A stretch of DNA of 64,000 nt from Sporopachydermia quercuum (GCA_001599295.1 BCGN01000010.1:186001-250000), one strand, 5' to 3'; positions 1 through 11,971 are shown, numbered from the stretch's first letter. The notes: a model not told the origin generated them from the sequence alone. Numbers and translations: made by a program.

Positions 1-2031
1 GTTGTCTGATATTGCGCCTCCTCCTTCAAGCTCATCTATGCCTATCATCTGTAGTAGCAATAAGGCAGCATGGAATAGCATTATATGGATATGATTAGGT
101 ACGTATCGCAGAGCATCCAACACATCTTTGTCCAATGTGGCTAGTCGAAGTACTGTCAACGCTGCAACGAAAGCTATTTTGTCCCAGACATCAACTGGCC
201 AGTTTGGTTGAGATGATTGCGATTGATCTTCTGCTGTGGCTATGTTTGCTTCATTTACATGATATACCGTCTCATTACTATCGAAATTTCCAGAATCTTT
301 CAATCTTCGGATGGCGGAAGAGTTAATTTGCATTTTAGCAAAATTATAGTGAATAAATGCAGACTTAGATGCCCAGCACAATATTGCTCCTTCGTTTATT
401 TCATTACCTGTGTTTAATAATTTATTAGGACTAAGCACACATGCCCAAGAAGCCATCCATTTGTACAATTTAATATCAGTTTGCCACAGAATTCCCAAAT
501 TTGAAGGGGTAATAATGTTCCATCCTCTTTGACCAAAGAGTAATTTGACTGCATGATTATATTCTACCTGTGATACAAGTCTTATATCTGAGAAGAAACT
601 GCTACTCAAGGGTTTGTCATACCCTTCGTTTGAGAGATCTTCATACTGTGGGATGAACTGTTTTTGATGACCTTCATGAGAATATTGGTTGTTATCCTGT
701 CTGTCATCTACANCATGAGAATTTCGCTGACTATTCTTAGGCTGGCTTTCAAGGGTTCTTTCCTTCTCGCTCTGCACTTGTTCTTCCATCCTAAGCAAAT
801 CAGGAACTAGCTTAATATCTGAACCGATTTCTTGCATCAAGCTTGATGATTGTTTACTGTAACAAAGAGGTGAATGCAATCTTAATCTTTCATCTTTCTC
901 CTTTATTAAAGTGCGACACTGAATCTGGGTCGTTTCTTCTCTCGGGATCAAAGGGGGTTTGTTAAATGTGATACTTTGATGTCCATCAAGTATATATAGC
1001 AAGCACCATAGCCTTAACCGTTCATCACCTGAAATGGCACTGCCGGCACTAATTCTATTGTTATCTTCCAGATTGTTACCAGGTACATTTCTTCTATTTT
1101 GCTCTCCAGAAATATTTAGTCTTAAAACAGTTGCCAGCTGAAGAGCAATTCCCACAAGCAAATTGCTATCAGGTAGCCAAAATCCCCCTATGCAGAGAGC
1201 AACAATTGCATCAATTATTTCTGCTTCGGATTTTGGTCGAGAGAACAAAATGTCTTTTGATAGCCGCTGCATTTCTAATTGTAATTTACTATTCAGGTGG
1301 TTTAAATAAGGATGATGCATTGATGCTACCGTGCAGATTGCAGCAACCAATATTGGCGAACGAATCCATATATTAGGCAATGAATAGTTTGATACTCTAA
1401 AGTCAAACAAATAAGAAGAAATGGTGATATCAAAGAAGGAAAAAAGGTCAGAGGCTTGATCAAAAGTAATTAAGCCGTTTGTGCGTAAGTCCTTTTGTGG
1501 ATTGTTTTTAGTTTTTGCAATGAAAAATGGGATTTGTGTTTGTATGGCTCTTGCGCGTCTATGGTTCGAATTGTAAACTTTATCGCTACTATTGTAATGA
1601 TTCTTATTGTTATAATTGTTGGGTTTAGTTTTTATATTATGAGGGGTATCAGCAGTCTGTCGCTGATCAACAAAGCATTGTTGCTGATGGGGATAATATG
1701 GTTCTTGAGAGTTCTGATGTCGAGTCTCGGTCAGGGGATGGTTCATGTATTGTAAATTGGGAATATTACGCAAACTGAAAGGATCTGGTAGTTGGAAGCC
1801 GTCAGGGTTGTGCTTTCTACCTTGAGGGCTGCCCTCTGGTGATGGATAATTTTCAACTGATAAACTATTCCCTCTGTAAAGAGGATAGGAAAGATTAAAA
1901 TTAAAATTATAATCATTGTTAACATCATCTGGGATTTCATTGACTTGTTTTTGCTTCTGCTTTTTTTGTCTATCTTGGAGCTCATTTGGATTCTTGGGCC
2001 GCTTTATTGGCGTTCCTTCTTCAATTGCCAT
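1..2031 (-). CDS. C-terminal (middle-homology/regulatory) part of a fungal Zn2Cys6 transcription factor, URC2/YDR520C-like; runs off the window edge
   Basis: The minus frame is stop-free from 2340 to 1 (checked by hand; absent from the ORF track because no stop lies in the window). First ATG is at 2031. Motifs SPILVAAICTVASMHHP, ALCIGGFWL, RLRLWCLLYILDGHQSITFN, DIRLVSQVEYN and YKWMASWACVLSP resemble the URC2 family as I recall it. Confidence 0.7.
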   Translation of the reverse strand, partial: MAIEEGTPIKRPKNPNELQDRQKKQKQKQVNEIPDDVNNDYNFNFNLSYPLYRGNSLSVENYPSPEGSPQGRKHNPDGFQLPDPFSLRNIPNLQYMNHPLTETRHQNSQEPYYPHQQQCFVDQRQTADTPHNIKTKPNNYNNKNHYNSSDKVYNSNHRRARAIQTQIPFFIAKTKNNPQKDLRTNGLITFDQASDLFSFFDITISSYLFDFRVSNYSLPNIWIRSPILVAAICTVASMHHPYLNHLNSKLQLEMQRLSKDILFSRPKSEAEIIDAIVALCIGGFWLPDSNLLVGIALQLATVLRLNISGEQNRRNVPGNNLEDNNRISAGSAISGDERLRLWCLLYILDGHQSITFNKPPLIPREETTQIQCRTLIKEKDERLRLHSPLCYSKQSSSLMQEIGSDIKLVPDLLRMEEQVQSEKERTLESQPKNSQRNSHXVDDRQDNNQYSHEGHQKQFIPQYEDLSNEGYDKPLSSSFFSDIRLVSQVEYNHAVKLLFGQRGWNIITPSNLGILWQTDIKLYKWMASWACVLSPNKLLNTGNEINEGAILCWASKSAFIHYNFAKMQINSSAIRRLKDSGNFDSNETVYHVNEANIATAEDQSQSSQPNWPVDVWDKIAFVAALTVLRLATLDKDVLDALRYVPNHIHIMLFHAALLLLQMIGIDELEGGGAISDN

Positions 2032-2243
2032 TCCTACTCCAAATAAATCATGGGGAGGATCAGCAGAGCTCTCATTATAATCAGCCAAAACCTCCCCATA
2101 GTTAACACTGAAAATATCAGAGTTTTGTTTCAATGAGTTGCCCTTTATTGCGTTCTTTGGACCGCCGGAATTCTGGCGAGTAAATCTCTCACTGATGTAT
2201 TTGCTGTTAGGATCCCCAGTGGAATCACTCCTTAGGTGAGAAA

Positions 2244-3315
2244 TTTTTTTTTTCTTTTTTACTTTCAGTATGATTCTTTCCTGTAGATAAGGGAGAGTTG
2301 ATCGATGAAAATGAATCGGTTCTATGATTAGCTGAACTTCTTAGTAATTGAGGCACGTAGTTATTGTTTTGGTTGAAGAAAGAAAGATTCTTTTGCAAGA
2401 TGTTAGCATGAATATCAGCTTGTGACATCTCTGAATTATTTCCGAATGGTACCTAAGATGCTGATCGATGATGCGAGTGTTGATTATCATGATTGAAAGC
2501 ACCACTTGTATCCAAACTTTCGGAAATACATGAGAGGCTAGCTTGAGGTGATTTGNTATATGAAAACTGCTGAGCCTTGTCTGATGAGTTGAGGGAAGAC
2601 GGATCATTTTCACAGCCAGTAGGTACTATATTTTTTGTGTCGTGAAGACGGGAATTATGCTCGGTAGTATACTGATTATTAGCATTAACATTTGTGTTGC
2701 TTGCTTATGATTCCGGAGATGAAGTTAAAAGATTCAGAATGTTATCCAAAGTTTTTCCAAACTTATCCAAACGATTCTCCATTGTGTTCATCCAACCAGA
2801 GTCAGGTATGCTTGTCGGATTTGCTGAAATACTTTCAGTATATTCTGGGATCTTCATTGAAAACACACATTCCAAGTTCTGAGCTTGACACCTTCTACAC
2901 GATGCTTCACCCGAATATTCGCATCGAATCCGAAAAAGTGTATAAATTATCAGTTAGTTTTCAGAATTGTTCATCTTGAAACGAAGCAAATGTAAAAGAT
3001 AATCAAGAACCAGTGATATTTCAATTATCGTGGTACTGTATTGTAATTTCAATTGCTTGGCTTCATAAATAATACAATTATTGGCATTATGTTACTTACT
3101 TTTGATTTTCGACAGTTGATACAGGCTTTTGGGGCTCTTGTCCGAGTTGTTGATTTATTTTGAGCTTTACTGACTGATTGCTTTGAACTTGAGTCAGCGC
3201 TTTGAGGGTGAGAATGGGATTGAGATTGGGAGTGTTGTTGGTTCCCAAGTATTTCATGATACTTTTGAGAACCCTTTAATGGCGTCCTACTTATCCTACT
3301 ATTCTGAGAAACCAT
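2244..3315 (-). pseudogene. Disrupted 5' part of the same Zn2Cys6 gene (zinc cluster, dimerisation coil, linker)
   Basis: Exon 3315-3100 (..KACINCRKSK), donor GTAAGT at 3099, branch AACTAAC, then an exon from 2929 (IRCEYSGEASCRRCQAQNLEC) completes C-x2-C-x6-C-x6-C-x2-C-x6-C. The acceptor is CGG, there are in-frame TAA (2707-2705) and TAG (2455-2453), and a frameshift is likely at the A10 run 2253-2244. Confidence 0.7.
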
Positions 3316-3700
3316 TTTGGTATGTTGTACAGTTACGCGTATCAATGATTCAAGAATAACTCCTCCGAAATCATAATTCTGGCTAGCTGTTTCACGGTCT
3401 TTCTTTTTAAAGGCAGTCTCTAGACTCAGCTATCTTAAGTCAAAGAATAGTTAGGAAATATGAGTTAAATTGATATTCTCATAAAGCAAACAATATGTTG
3501 TTCAGTCGAGTAAGGCATTCGATTTGTTATTCGATTGAGTAATAAATATTATGAAAGATCTCAACTTAGTAGGTAAAAGTATGGCGATTATTTGATCAAC
3601 ACGGTGTGATATACATACTGCTACATCGAAGGCAGCTGGTACCTTACAAAAATGAACTAAAAGTTTAAATGTATCAAGAATTAAACATGATTTGACAATG

Positions 3701-3829
3701 AGAAAATGTGGAGATTTCTCCAGAAATCTCCACTCCAGCCTTAAGGTTTACCATTTTAGGATATAAGTAAGAGGATCGGAAAACTTTATTGAAAACGACG
3801 TTTGAATATTCGGCAGAAAATGTGGAGAT
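3701..3829. promoter_or_regulatory. Repeated GTGGAGAT element: 12-bp perfect inverted repeat (3708-3733) plus 15-bp direct repeat (3701-3715 and 3815-3829)
   Basis: GTGGAGATTTCT-cc-AGAAATCTCCAC; AGAAAATGTGGAGAT occurs twice. Fits the SYGGRG with AT-flank pattern of Mig1/CreA-type sites, upstream of the Zn-cluster gene. Confidence 0.45.
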
Positions 3830-5372
3830 CTGAGAGTCAAAGAACTGTGGAACATAGATATTTCAGACATACTTTAGTAGACTGTTTTGATGAGAACTCG
3901 TTCTTCCGAGCTACATAAATCTAACTTTGAAGGGATAACTGTATGAATTCAGTTAAAGTCATTCGAAGACAAAGAATTCGATTATCCTCGGATAAAGACG
4001 GTCAGCATAATCAATTGAGAGATGAATTTATAATCAAAAATGAGTGTCTGTTAGAAAAGCTCACATTAAACTTTAATTTTCTGTAAGGATATATCCCACA
4101 CGAACATCCGTTTAAAACTATACTACAATTGAATAATGAATGTTATAGGAGACTTTATTCATAAGTGAAATCAAAAGCATTAAGTCTTCTCACTAGAATA
4201 ATATTTGTTTAGTTACCCATTGGTGAAAACCAATTCCGGTTTTGATATTCGAGTTTGAACGAATATCCCATATTCAAGGTTTCTTGGATAATCCCTTTAC
4301 TTTGGCTAAAACATATTCACTTGCTTCTTACGGTAATAACCTTAGATCTAATACAAACTGTAATTGAAACTCGGTGATTTTGCCGAACATTAAATTAACC
4401 AAAAATGGTTCTTCTGTTCAAAGTTCTTCATAATAATGGGAAACAAGAAACGAGAAACAAGGTAATAATCAATGAATCGACAGTTGAAAGAATTCATATT
4501 TGCTATGAATGTTTCTCACATAAGTCAGAGAAATAACAATTCCTTTTACGTGGTTCTTAAACTTACCTAGGCATATTTTCTTAAACAGAACAGATTTGGA
4601 GGAATGAAGGCGCTGTTCTTAACATTGTTGTTATAAATTGTTATAAATATGAACATTATATTACTATTTTGGACTAGATCTTACAATGAGGTATAATAAT
4701 AAATCAGGAATTATGAAATTAAGTAATATCTTCTATGGAGAAGGCATGAATGTGTCATTATTAAAGTTAACAGAATTGTCAATTTTGCTAGCTTGCTAAC
4801 ATCAATAGAGTAGTATCATTATCAGTCTTCTTCGGAGGAATAATATCAAGTAGTTAGTCATATGACTATGAATACTAGTTGTAAATACTCATTGTACGAA
4901 GTTCGCATTACTTTCCATGTGTTACAATTTAGTACACGTTTGTAAGTATGTGCAGTCATGTAATGATACGACGATAGTTATTAAATTGAATTGTTATTAT
5001 TTGGACTATGCCCATTGAATGTCACATATTACTGAGAACTGTCCACACTGCTTTCCTTCTCTTCGCAATAATGCATTTACTTGTATCAATCTTTTAAGGC
5101 AAGTTAGTCATTCATTAAATCTTTTGTATACATACAACTCAAAATTACTAATAATGCTACAGCTAAAGTTTGGTAACAATTGAGTCTCTACAGATTCTAT
5201 TTCGCTACTCAAATGGACGTTGAAATTATAAGTCAAGTATTTAGCAACCCCAAAGAAGGCATTGAGAAAGCTTATATTCGTTTAATTACATTTAGATTTC
5301 AAGCACTTCAACCATTTCAACTGTTCTAGTCTCAGTTTCACTTTCCAACAACTAACGATACAATTTATACAA

Positions 5373-7447
5373 CTACAAAACAAGTATGCCATCTTCTTCT
5401 TCCTCATCAATAACGTAAACTCCTTCGTCGCTCAACTTGCTGCGTTTATTGATGTCATCACCGTCTTTCCTTTGGCCGTTATCAACTTCGGCAATATTAC
5501 GTTTCAACTTATTTGCAGATTCCACGACGTCCTTATTAATAGCAATTTCCTCTTCCTCTTCCTGAGTCTTTACTTTGGCAGGTATTTCAACATCCTCAAA
5601 TTGGATCTTCTCATATTTGTCATCAACCATAACATATAGTTCAAGATTAACATATTCATCACTTTCATCAACAATATAAATAAAACTCTTATCTTTGACA
5701 CCAAGATCGGTTAGCTTTTTATTCCTATTATCATCAAAGTCAGGATCGTATAAAATGCTAGAGGAGTACTGAATAGCTAGTTCGTCCTTATCATATGGCG
5801 TATGTTCAACAATTGTATTCAAGAATTCTTGTACTGTAGTATCTATGGGTAGAATAATACTATTGTACCTAATAGCACAGGAAGGACAGCTAGGTTGAGG
5901 TTCAGCTAATGATGAAGAGGATACTAAGCTGTTTGTTGATTTCGCCAGAAAGATTAATCTATGTTTGATTCCTGTACCAGGGTATATAAATGGCAATGAT
6001 TGTAAAGTAGAGTATGCAGCAATAATAGCATTGGTAGTAGTAATAGCTGGTATAATATTCCCAGCTATTTGTTTGATGTCAAACAATGATTTAGTGGGAA
6101 TATGAAAAATGTATGACCGGATTAATGCTGATGCACCAACAAACCTCAATGTGTCATCATCATCTTTATCAAAAGAGATGTCATTATAGTTGTTCTCTTC
6201 TTGACGACGTAATAAATTACGTAAAGCATCAAGGAAAACAAGAACGCATTGTCCAATGGTCCATAAATTGTTAGATTGGCTATTTATACTCGGTATCAGC
6301 TCATCAAATGTTTGTATGTCGAAATCATAGGGAGAGCTCTTGGAGTCACTTGATATTAACTTAGTGCTCTCGTTGTTAAACTGCAGTAAGACATCATAGA
6401 AGTTCAGAACTGTTGGTACCTTACGAGTTTTCCAAAGAGATTCCAGCAGTATTAGCTTTTCAATATCTCCAGCAAAGCATTTGTTGAATACCTCTTCGCC
6501 GAATTTGACGAACAGCAATGGATCTTTGCCACTGTTAGTCTCACTTAAGTAATGAGCTTTGATTCTGTCAAGCTCACGAGCATCTTTCTTCAGATTTTCA
6601 ATTTCCTTCTTTTCATCAACCCCATCTTTTGCGGCGGCATCAAAAGCTTGACTTCCATTTTGGTTTTCATTCTGCTCTGGTTCCACATCTTGATCATCGC
6701 CTTTGCTGAATAGCTTGCTAAATAAATAGTTCTTTGCCCATATAACACAATGAACAGGTTCAGAAGGTGTAGATCGAATTGTACAGACGGGAAATGATTT
6801 CGGAGTCTGCTTGGGATTGCAGTCAAAGCATTCGCTCTTGTATGGAGAAATCGGCTGAACTTGACCAAGGAAACCCATAGTACCAGACTCAATTAATGGT
6901 ATACCAGTGATAAGAGATACTTTATTAACATAATGGCGAGCTTCTAAATTATCTAACGCGTTGAATATCAAATCAAACTGTTTGAACCATTCAATTGGAA
7001 ACAATGAAGTGTCGAGAATGCTGCCAAAGTAGGGGATTACTTTGCATTTTTCAGGGTTATAGTTGAAGGATTCAACATTCCTCGCTGCAGTTGTGGATTT
7101 TGGCTTGCCTATATCATTCTTGGTAAATAGGAATTGGCGATTCAAATTTGATAGATCAATTGTGTCGAGATCTAGAATATGTATTTCCCCAAATGACATG
7201 AGAATGAGATCTTTGAGCAGTTCGCATCCAATGCCACCCGTGCCCACCATAAGTACTTTAGACTGTATCAATGTGTTAGTAGGTAAGTATAGATCACTGG
7301 ACAGAGAGGTTAACGAGATTCACATTGAATTAACTCATTTTTTAATACGAATATATTATGAGACTTTAATTTGATCAAACATACCTTTTCAATAGTTTGA
7401 CAGGTTTCGTCGCCCAGAATTCTGTTTAAATATGTCTTTCTGGCCAT
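5373..7447 (-). CDS. UBA2: SUMO-activating enzyme E1 subunit 2; exons 7447-7385, 7262-5373 (650 aa)
   Basis: GTGGIGCELLK, DLSNLNRQFLF, catalytic FPVCTIRSTP, AGNIIPAITTTNA. Intron 7384-7263 GTATGT..TACTAAC..CAG gives N-terminus MARKTYLNRILG. Confidence 0.95.
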
Positions 7448-8103
7448 ACTGGATCAGTTTACACAACACAGGCCTTTTTCTCTTAGTAAACACAACGCTT
7501 TGCCGCAAAATGAGAAGAACACTACGTTCAACTGTTTCTTGGCGGACTCTCTTTTCTGCTATATCAACGACTGGAAGCGTTTTAGAAGGTGATTCACTTG
7601 ATTTTTCTATTATAGAATTATAATAATCAGATAATACATTGATGTGCCTCCAGATGTGAAATTGCTTATTTAGTAAGAAACCTGAACCTGCTTGAAAGTC
7701 AATGCCGGGAGGGAGAAATATAAGTTACGGGATATANTTTCGGAGATTATAATTGGATGATCTCCGAAATAATGATTGTATGTGTCGTCTGATTCATCAT
7801 GCATTTGAGTCAATTCCATAGAGATCTGTAAACATGCAAATTAGATAAACAATATGACATATCATATTACTATAATACGTGTATTTGCTTATCCTTAGTG
7901 TATGTTTATTGTACGTTTACTTCAGGATATGCTCTTTCAAGTAATTGTGGAAGACGCTAAACAATCCCTGGAGGACATCATAAATCAAATCAACCAAGAA
8001 AAAATGGTTCATAATCCATTGTAAAATTTTATATACAAATATACACTTGCCTTTCATAAATATACATCATAATCATAGCCATTGATGTAAATGATGCAAA
8101 TGA

Positions 8104-9024
8104 TTAGGAGGAGGTTGGAGTGTGTTCGTCTTTTTCTGTAGAGCGAGAATCACCAAGAATAGATTGATTGAAAGGGCTATCTTCCCTACTCTTCTTCTCG
8201 GCTAGTTCCTGCCAGATTTCTGTTTTTCCTTCAATAGTATCGAAAACTTCTTCATAGCCCGGCTTCTTGTTCTTCGTTACCCCAAATAATGCACTTGTTA
8301 CTTCAGTCTTCACATCATCAGCATTTGGTTCGACTTCCAAGCCAAAGCCAAACATACGATTCCTTGGTTGATTAAACACCTCGTCTAAATGTTTCTCTAA
8401 ATCCTCCATAGTAATAATAAATTTATCTGCACTTTGATATAAGTCCAAAAGATCTATTGCTTTTCTTTCCTTTGCTTCGAAATCTGCTTGTAATCTGTTA
8501 GCCTTCCTCTTGGCAAGTAGCACTTCCTTCTCCATTGGCGTCCTTGGAATTACTATCGGATCTCTCAAAATATCCTCCATGGTTTGGATTGTAAGTCTCG
8601 TAGCTTCTGTAAGATTCTCTTCAGCGGTAACCTCACTCTTCTCTTTCTTCTGAGTGAGCTTTGCTTCTCGCTTCATTTTAGCTGCAGCTTCTCTCAAAAC
8701 AGCTTCTTTTAAGTATTCTCTTCTGGTAGCTGCTCTCTTATACTTCCACTCTTCATCAGAATTAGCAAAGGTTTCAGGAGTCTTTTTTGGTTCAGGAACG
8801 GTCTTAGCTATGAACTCTTCAGGAGTGACAACCTTTGGTGGCTTTGGGAATCTATTGGAGCCTTTTGGATGTGGAATACCTTCCTGATATGTGTTCTTCA
8901 TACTTTCACTGGCGATTTTTTCATATTTATGACCTTTTACTATCAAGTTTTTCAACACTTCCCTGGGACGGGGTAGAATACCACTCTTCCCATGCTTGAT
9001 TGCTTTCTTTGCTAGTCCTGACAT
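8104..9024 (-). CDS. PET123: Mitochondrial small-subunit ribosomal protein mS26
   Basis: KSGILP..., GIPHPKGSNR, IAKTVPEP and RREYLKEA match Pet123; lies near PUP1 as in S. cerevisiae. Confidence 0.85.
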   Translation of the reverse strand: MSGLAKKAIKHGKSGILPRPREVLKNLIVKGHKYEKIASESMKNTYQEGIPHPKGSNRFPKPPKVVTPEEFIAKTVPEPKKTPETFANSDEEWKYKRAATRREYLKEAVLREAAAKMKREAKLTQKKEKSEVTAEENLTEATRLTIQTMEDILRDPIVIPRTPMEKEVLLAKRKANRLQADFEAKERKAIDLLDLYQSADKFIITMEDLEKHLDEVFNQPRNRMFGFGLEVEPNADDVKTEVTSALFGVTKNKKPGYEEVFDTIEGKTEIWQELAEKKSREDSPFNQSILGDSRSTEKDEHTPTSS

Positions 9025-9287
9025 TTTCTTGAGTGCTTGCGATTCAGTTTTATCAATAGCAGAATCAGACTATTGATTTATCCATAGAAAAACTTAAATG
9101 CACTGTTAATAGCTGCTCANCCGGTTGATGTCACATTTCAAAGGGTGGTCTATCTTCTGACAAGTTATCTCTGAGATCATGTGTTTTGAATCTCTACCAA
9201 TGGTTTGACTATTAGATTTGTGTTGGTGAAAATTTCACAAATGCGCAAAACCAAAGCTTATAGTAACCGAAAAGGGAAGTAATAAAT

Positions 9288-9295
9288 CCGGGTAA
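9288..9295. promoter_or_regulatory. Reb1-type site CCGGGTAA upstream of PET123
   Basis: Exact consensus match about 260 bp upstream of the ATG. Confidence 0.45.
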
Positions 9296-9646
9296 GTTTT
9301 ATGATACATTTTCAAAATATGAGTGGAGACGTCATGTGATATTTTGTTTGTGGAATAGTATGGTAATTGAGTGATATCTTGTTCTATATCTATAGATCAG
9401 TAAGGTAAACAAACCTAATAATATTTGTAAGTTATAATACATTATAGCTAGAGATAGTAATATGTTTCATGGCTTGTTCATTTATCAACAATGTCAATTA
9501 GTGTTTTTAAGAATAAGTCTAATAATAATTCAATAGAATACTATTTTAAAAGTAGAACTATTAAATATATAAATCAAGAATCGTATAATAATTCAGAATT
9601 TACTGGTCCCTTATGTAATTTTGATTATCTGTTGGATACAGAGTGG

Positions 9647-11314
9647 TCACTTCCCCCATGCTAAATACACAGCTTCACTAACAGCTCTTCCCATTTTCTT
9701 AGTAGAAAGTGCTGAACCAAACGTATCAAACATTAGATTCTTCTTTGCATCTTCAGTTGGGAGCTGTCTGTAAGCTTGTAAAAGATCTTTCGGGGTAGGG
9801 AACTGTTTTTGTATGGTCACAGCTTTCTCAAATGATACACCACGTACACTCATGAGCATTCGAATGTACACTTCCTTAACGGTAAGAACGCCTTTTTTAT
9901 TCAGTAATTCTTGGAACGTGTCAAAAGTTATAAATACATCCTCTGTCCCAAGCTTTTGAACCTTCTTCTTCTTGAATTCTGCTATCCCAAGGTTGNTCTC
10001 TATGTCGCGAACCTTCATTACCGTAAGCGTTTTGCTTCTATAGTAGTTGATGATGTGATGTGTTGTCAGCACAAGAAATCTGATGGACTCATCTAAGGAT
10101 GTTGATCTCCGCAAGAAAAAGTCATTCACCATAAGAACCAAGCTCATACTTGTTTGGATAGCATCAATGTAGCCAGATTTATTGACGTTTGCTAGTTCCT
10201 CCACTAAATAATAAATATTTCTTATTCCGCTTCTTTTCAATCGAACCTTTTGCTCTTCGTATCGTCCGTCCTTGATACTTGCTATCAAATCATCTAATCT
10301 TTTTCTTTCCACAATGTAATCCAGAACAATCTCTTCTTTCGTGCTCTTATTTTGAGCTATCCAAAGAGCATCGCCCAAAGAAAGAGAGCGCATTTCGCAT
10401 ACTACATCTAGCAGGCGTAACTGCTCTAGAATATAGTCCCTATCGCTTACAGAGCGGACTTCTCTAGTGTCAATGATTAGTTTTATATTGTACGAGCCAG
10501 CTGGCCATGCTACTTGAATGTCATTTGTTCCTATAGTTTGTTCCTGTGATGAAAAGTTTCTGGAAGTCTGTCTGCTTATCTGGTATGAATCAGTTCTACT
10601 CAACGTGTCGATAATGGTTGTGCTATTGCTAGCTGATGGTCTTTCAGATTGATCTGATGTATCATTACCGNTAGCTTGCAGTTTTTTCTCAGCTTCCAGC
10701 ATTTTAGAAGCAATCTCTTTGCCTTCTTCTGTTATGAAGTAATATACTGGTTTGCCAGATGAATATATCAACCCATTGGTAATCAAAGTCTTACTAGAGT
10801 TCCAAGCAGAATAATGCTGATTAGATGTTACTGATGCAAATCCAACTTCACATAAAGGAGCAGCAAGTCGCATCAAATCGCCCTTGGATAGACCATTTCC
10901 TGTTGTGTCATTGGTGAATAGCGCAAGCAAAAGTGCATATCCTCCAGACCTATATCGAGGAATATATGTTCTAGGTTTCTTTTTTGGCTTAGATATTTCG
11001 CTGTTGGAAGCAGACCGCTTTGCACTGGAAGTTGAGCCATCGTCAGGTTTTTCAGCAGGCTTTACTGGCTTTCTGAATCCATTTGCAGTGCAGTAAGAGG
11101 TCAGCCTTTTCTCTAGCTTGCTGCATAAACCGGGACCGAAATATTTTAGCTCTTTTAAGTCTTGAGGGTACTGAAAGGATTTTGGACAGCTTGAAAGAGA
11201 ATCAAAAGCTCTTTTATATGTCGACGCTACCTGAGAACGATTTTGTACACCTTTATCATATAACTCTTTTATCCACTTTAGAAACAGATCATTCAAACGT
11301 TCTGGTAAATCCAT
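9647..11314 (-). CDS. MUS81: Crossover junction endonuclease (XPF/ERCC4 family)
   Basis: N-terminal HhH (LKYFGPGLC), winged-helix YIPRYRSGGYALL, IIDTRE, GDALW, VERKRLDDL..SIKDGRY and C-terminal HhH. Confidence 0.95.
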   Translation of the reverse strand: MDLPERLNDLFLKWIKELYDKGVQNRSQVASTYKRAFDSLSSCPKSFQYPQDLKELKYFGPGLCSKLEKRLTSYCTANGFRKPVKPAEKPDDGSTSSAKRSASNSEISKPKKKPRTYIPRYRSGGYALLLALFTNDTTGNGLSKGDLMRLAAPLCEVGFASVTSNQHYSAWNSSKTLITNGLIYSSGKPVYYFITEEGKEIASKMLEAEKKLQAXGNDTSDQSERPSASNSTTIIDTLSRTDSYQISRQTSRNFSSQEQTIGTNDIQVAWPAGSYNIKLIIDTREVRSVSDRDYILEQLRLLDVVCEMRSLSLGDALWIAQNKSTKEEIVLDYIVERKRLDDLIASIKDGRYEEQKVRLKRSGIRNIYYLVEELANVNKSGYIDAIQTSMSLVLMVNDFFLRRSTSLDESIRFLVLTTHHIINYYRSKTLTVMKVRDIEXNLGIAEFKKKKVQKLGTEDVFITFDTFQELLNKKGVLTVKEVYIRMLMSVRGVSFEKAVTIQKQFPTPKDLLQAYRQLPTEDAKKNLMFDTFGSALSTKKMGRAVSEAVYLAWGK

Positions 11315-11963
11315 CTTTGATCATTGTATTGGTCCTGTCATATGACGATTCCGAAACCATATGATGAGATCATTGATGGTAGACACTATAGCTGTAAAAC
11401 AAATTATATCAATATGAACGTTGAGTTCTGATTTATTCTCCTATCTTTTAGGCAATAATAACTATCACACGGGGTTTTTGATTTATTGTACTTTAACTAT
11501 CGCTCTATAGTTAATTATTTTGTATGATGAACCTGCTTTGTTGATTTATTGCTCTTTACTCTGTTCAGCACGAAGAGACGCAATGATTTGGTTTCAATAG
11601 TTTCCGTTTGTTAAAGATAATCTCCGTAATAGCCTTCTTCTTCTTGGGTTAAGGAGGATATCACGAACTGGCTATTCGAGTTGGAAATCACTAATTTGAA
11701 TCAGGACTGCATATAGCTGCTCAGTTCTAACTCTGGAAATAAAACATTCGACAAAGAAAACCGTTCTTTTTATCTTTTCTGCCTTTGATTGTTGTATCTA
11801 AAATCTGCTTGAATACAGTTTCAGTTCACGTAATCAGTAGTTTATCTCTAGCTTCACGTCTTATAGAATAGTATGGTGAAATGAATGGGTGTACTTCATA
11901 TATACGATGTAAACGACTACCTTTTCAGACATCTCATCCAAGCTATGTATCATTCAAGTTATG

Positions 11964-11971
11964 TTTGCCAC
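11964..11971 (-). promoter_or_regulatory. Rpn4/PACE-like element GTGGCAAA upstream of PUP1
   Basis: TTTGCCAC about 130 bp upstream of a proteasome subunit ATG; 8 of 9 match to GGTGGCAAA. Confidence 0.55.

Noticed and set aside
2453..2707. Stop-codon reassignment or readthrough to explain the in-frame TAA and TAG
   Set aside because: TAA and TAG terminate many normal genes in the window, no other gene has internal stops, and the frameshift would remain unexplained.
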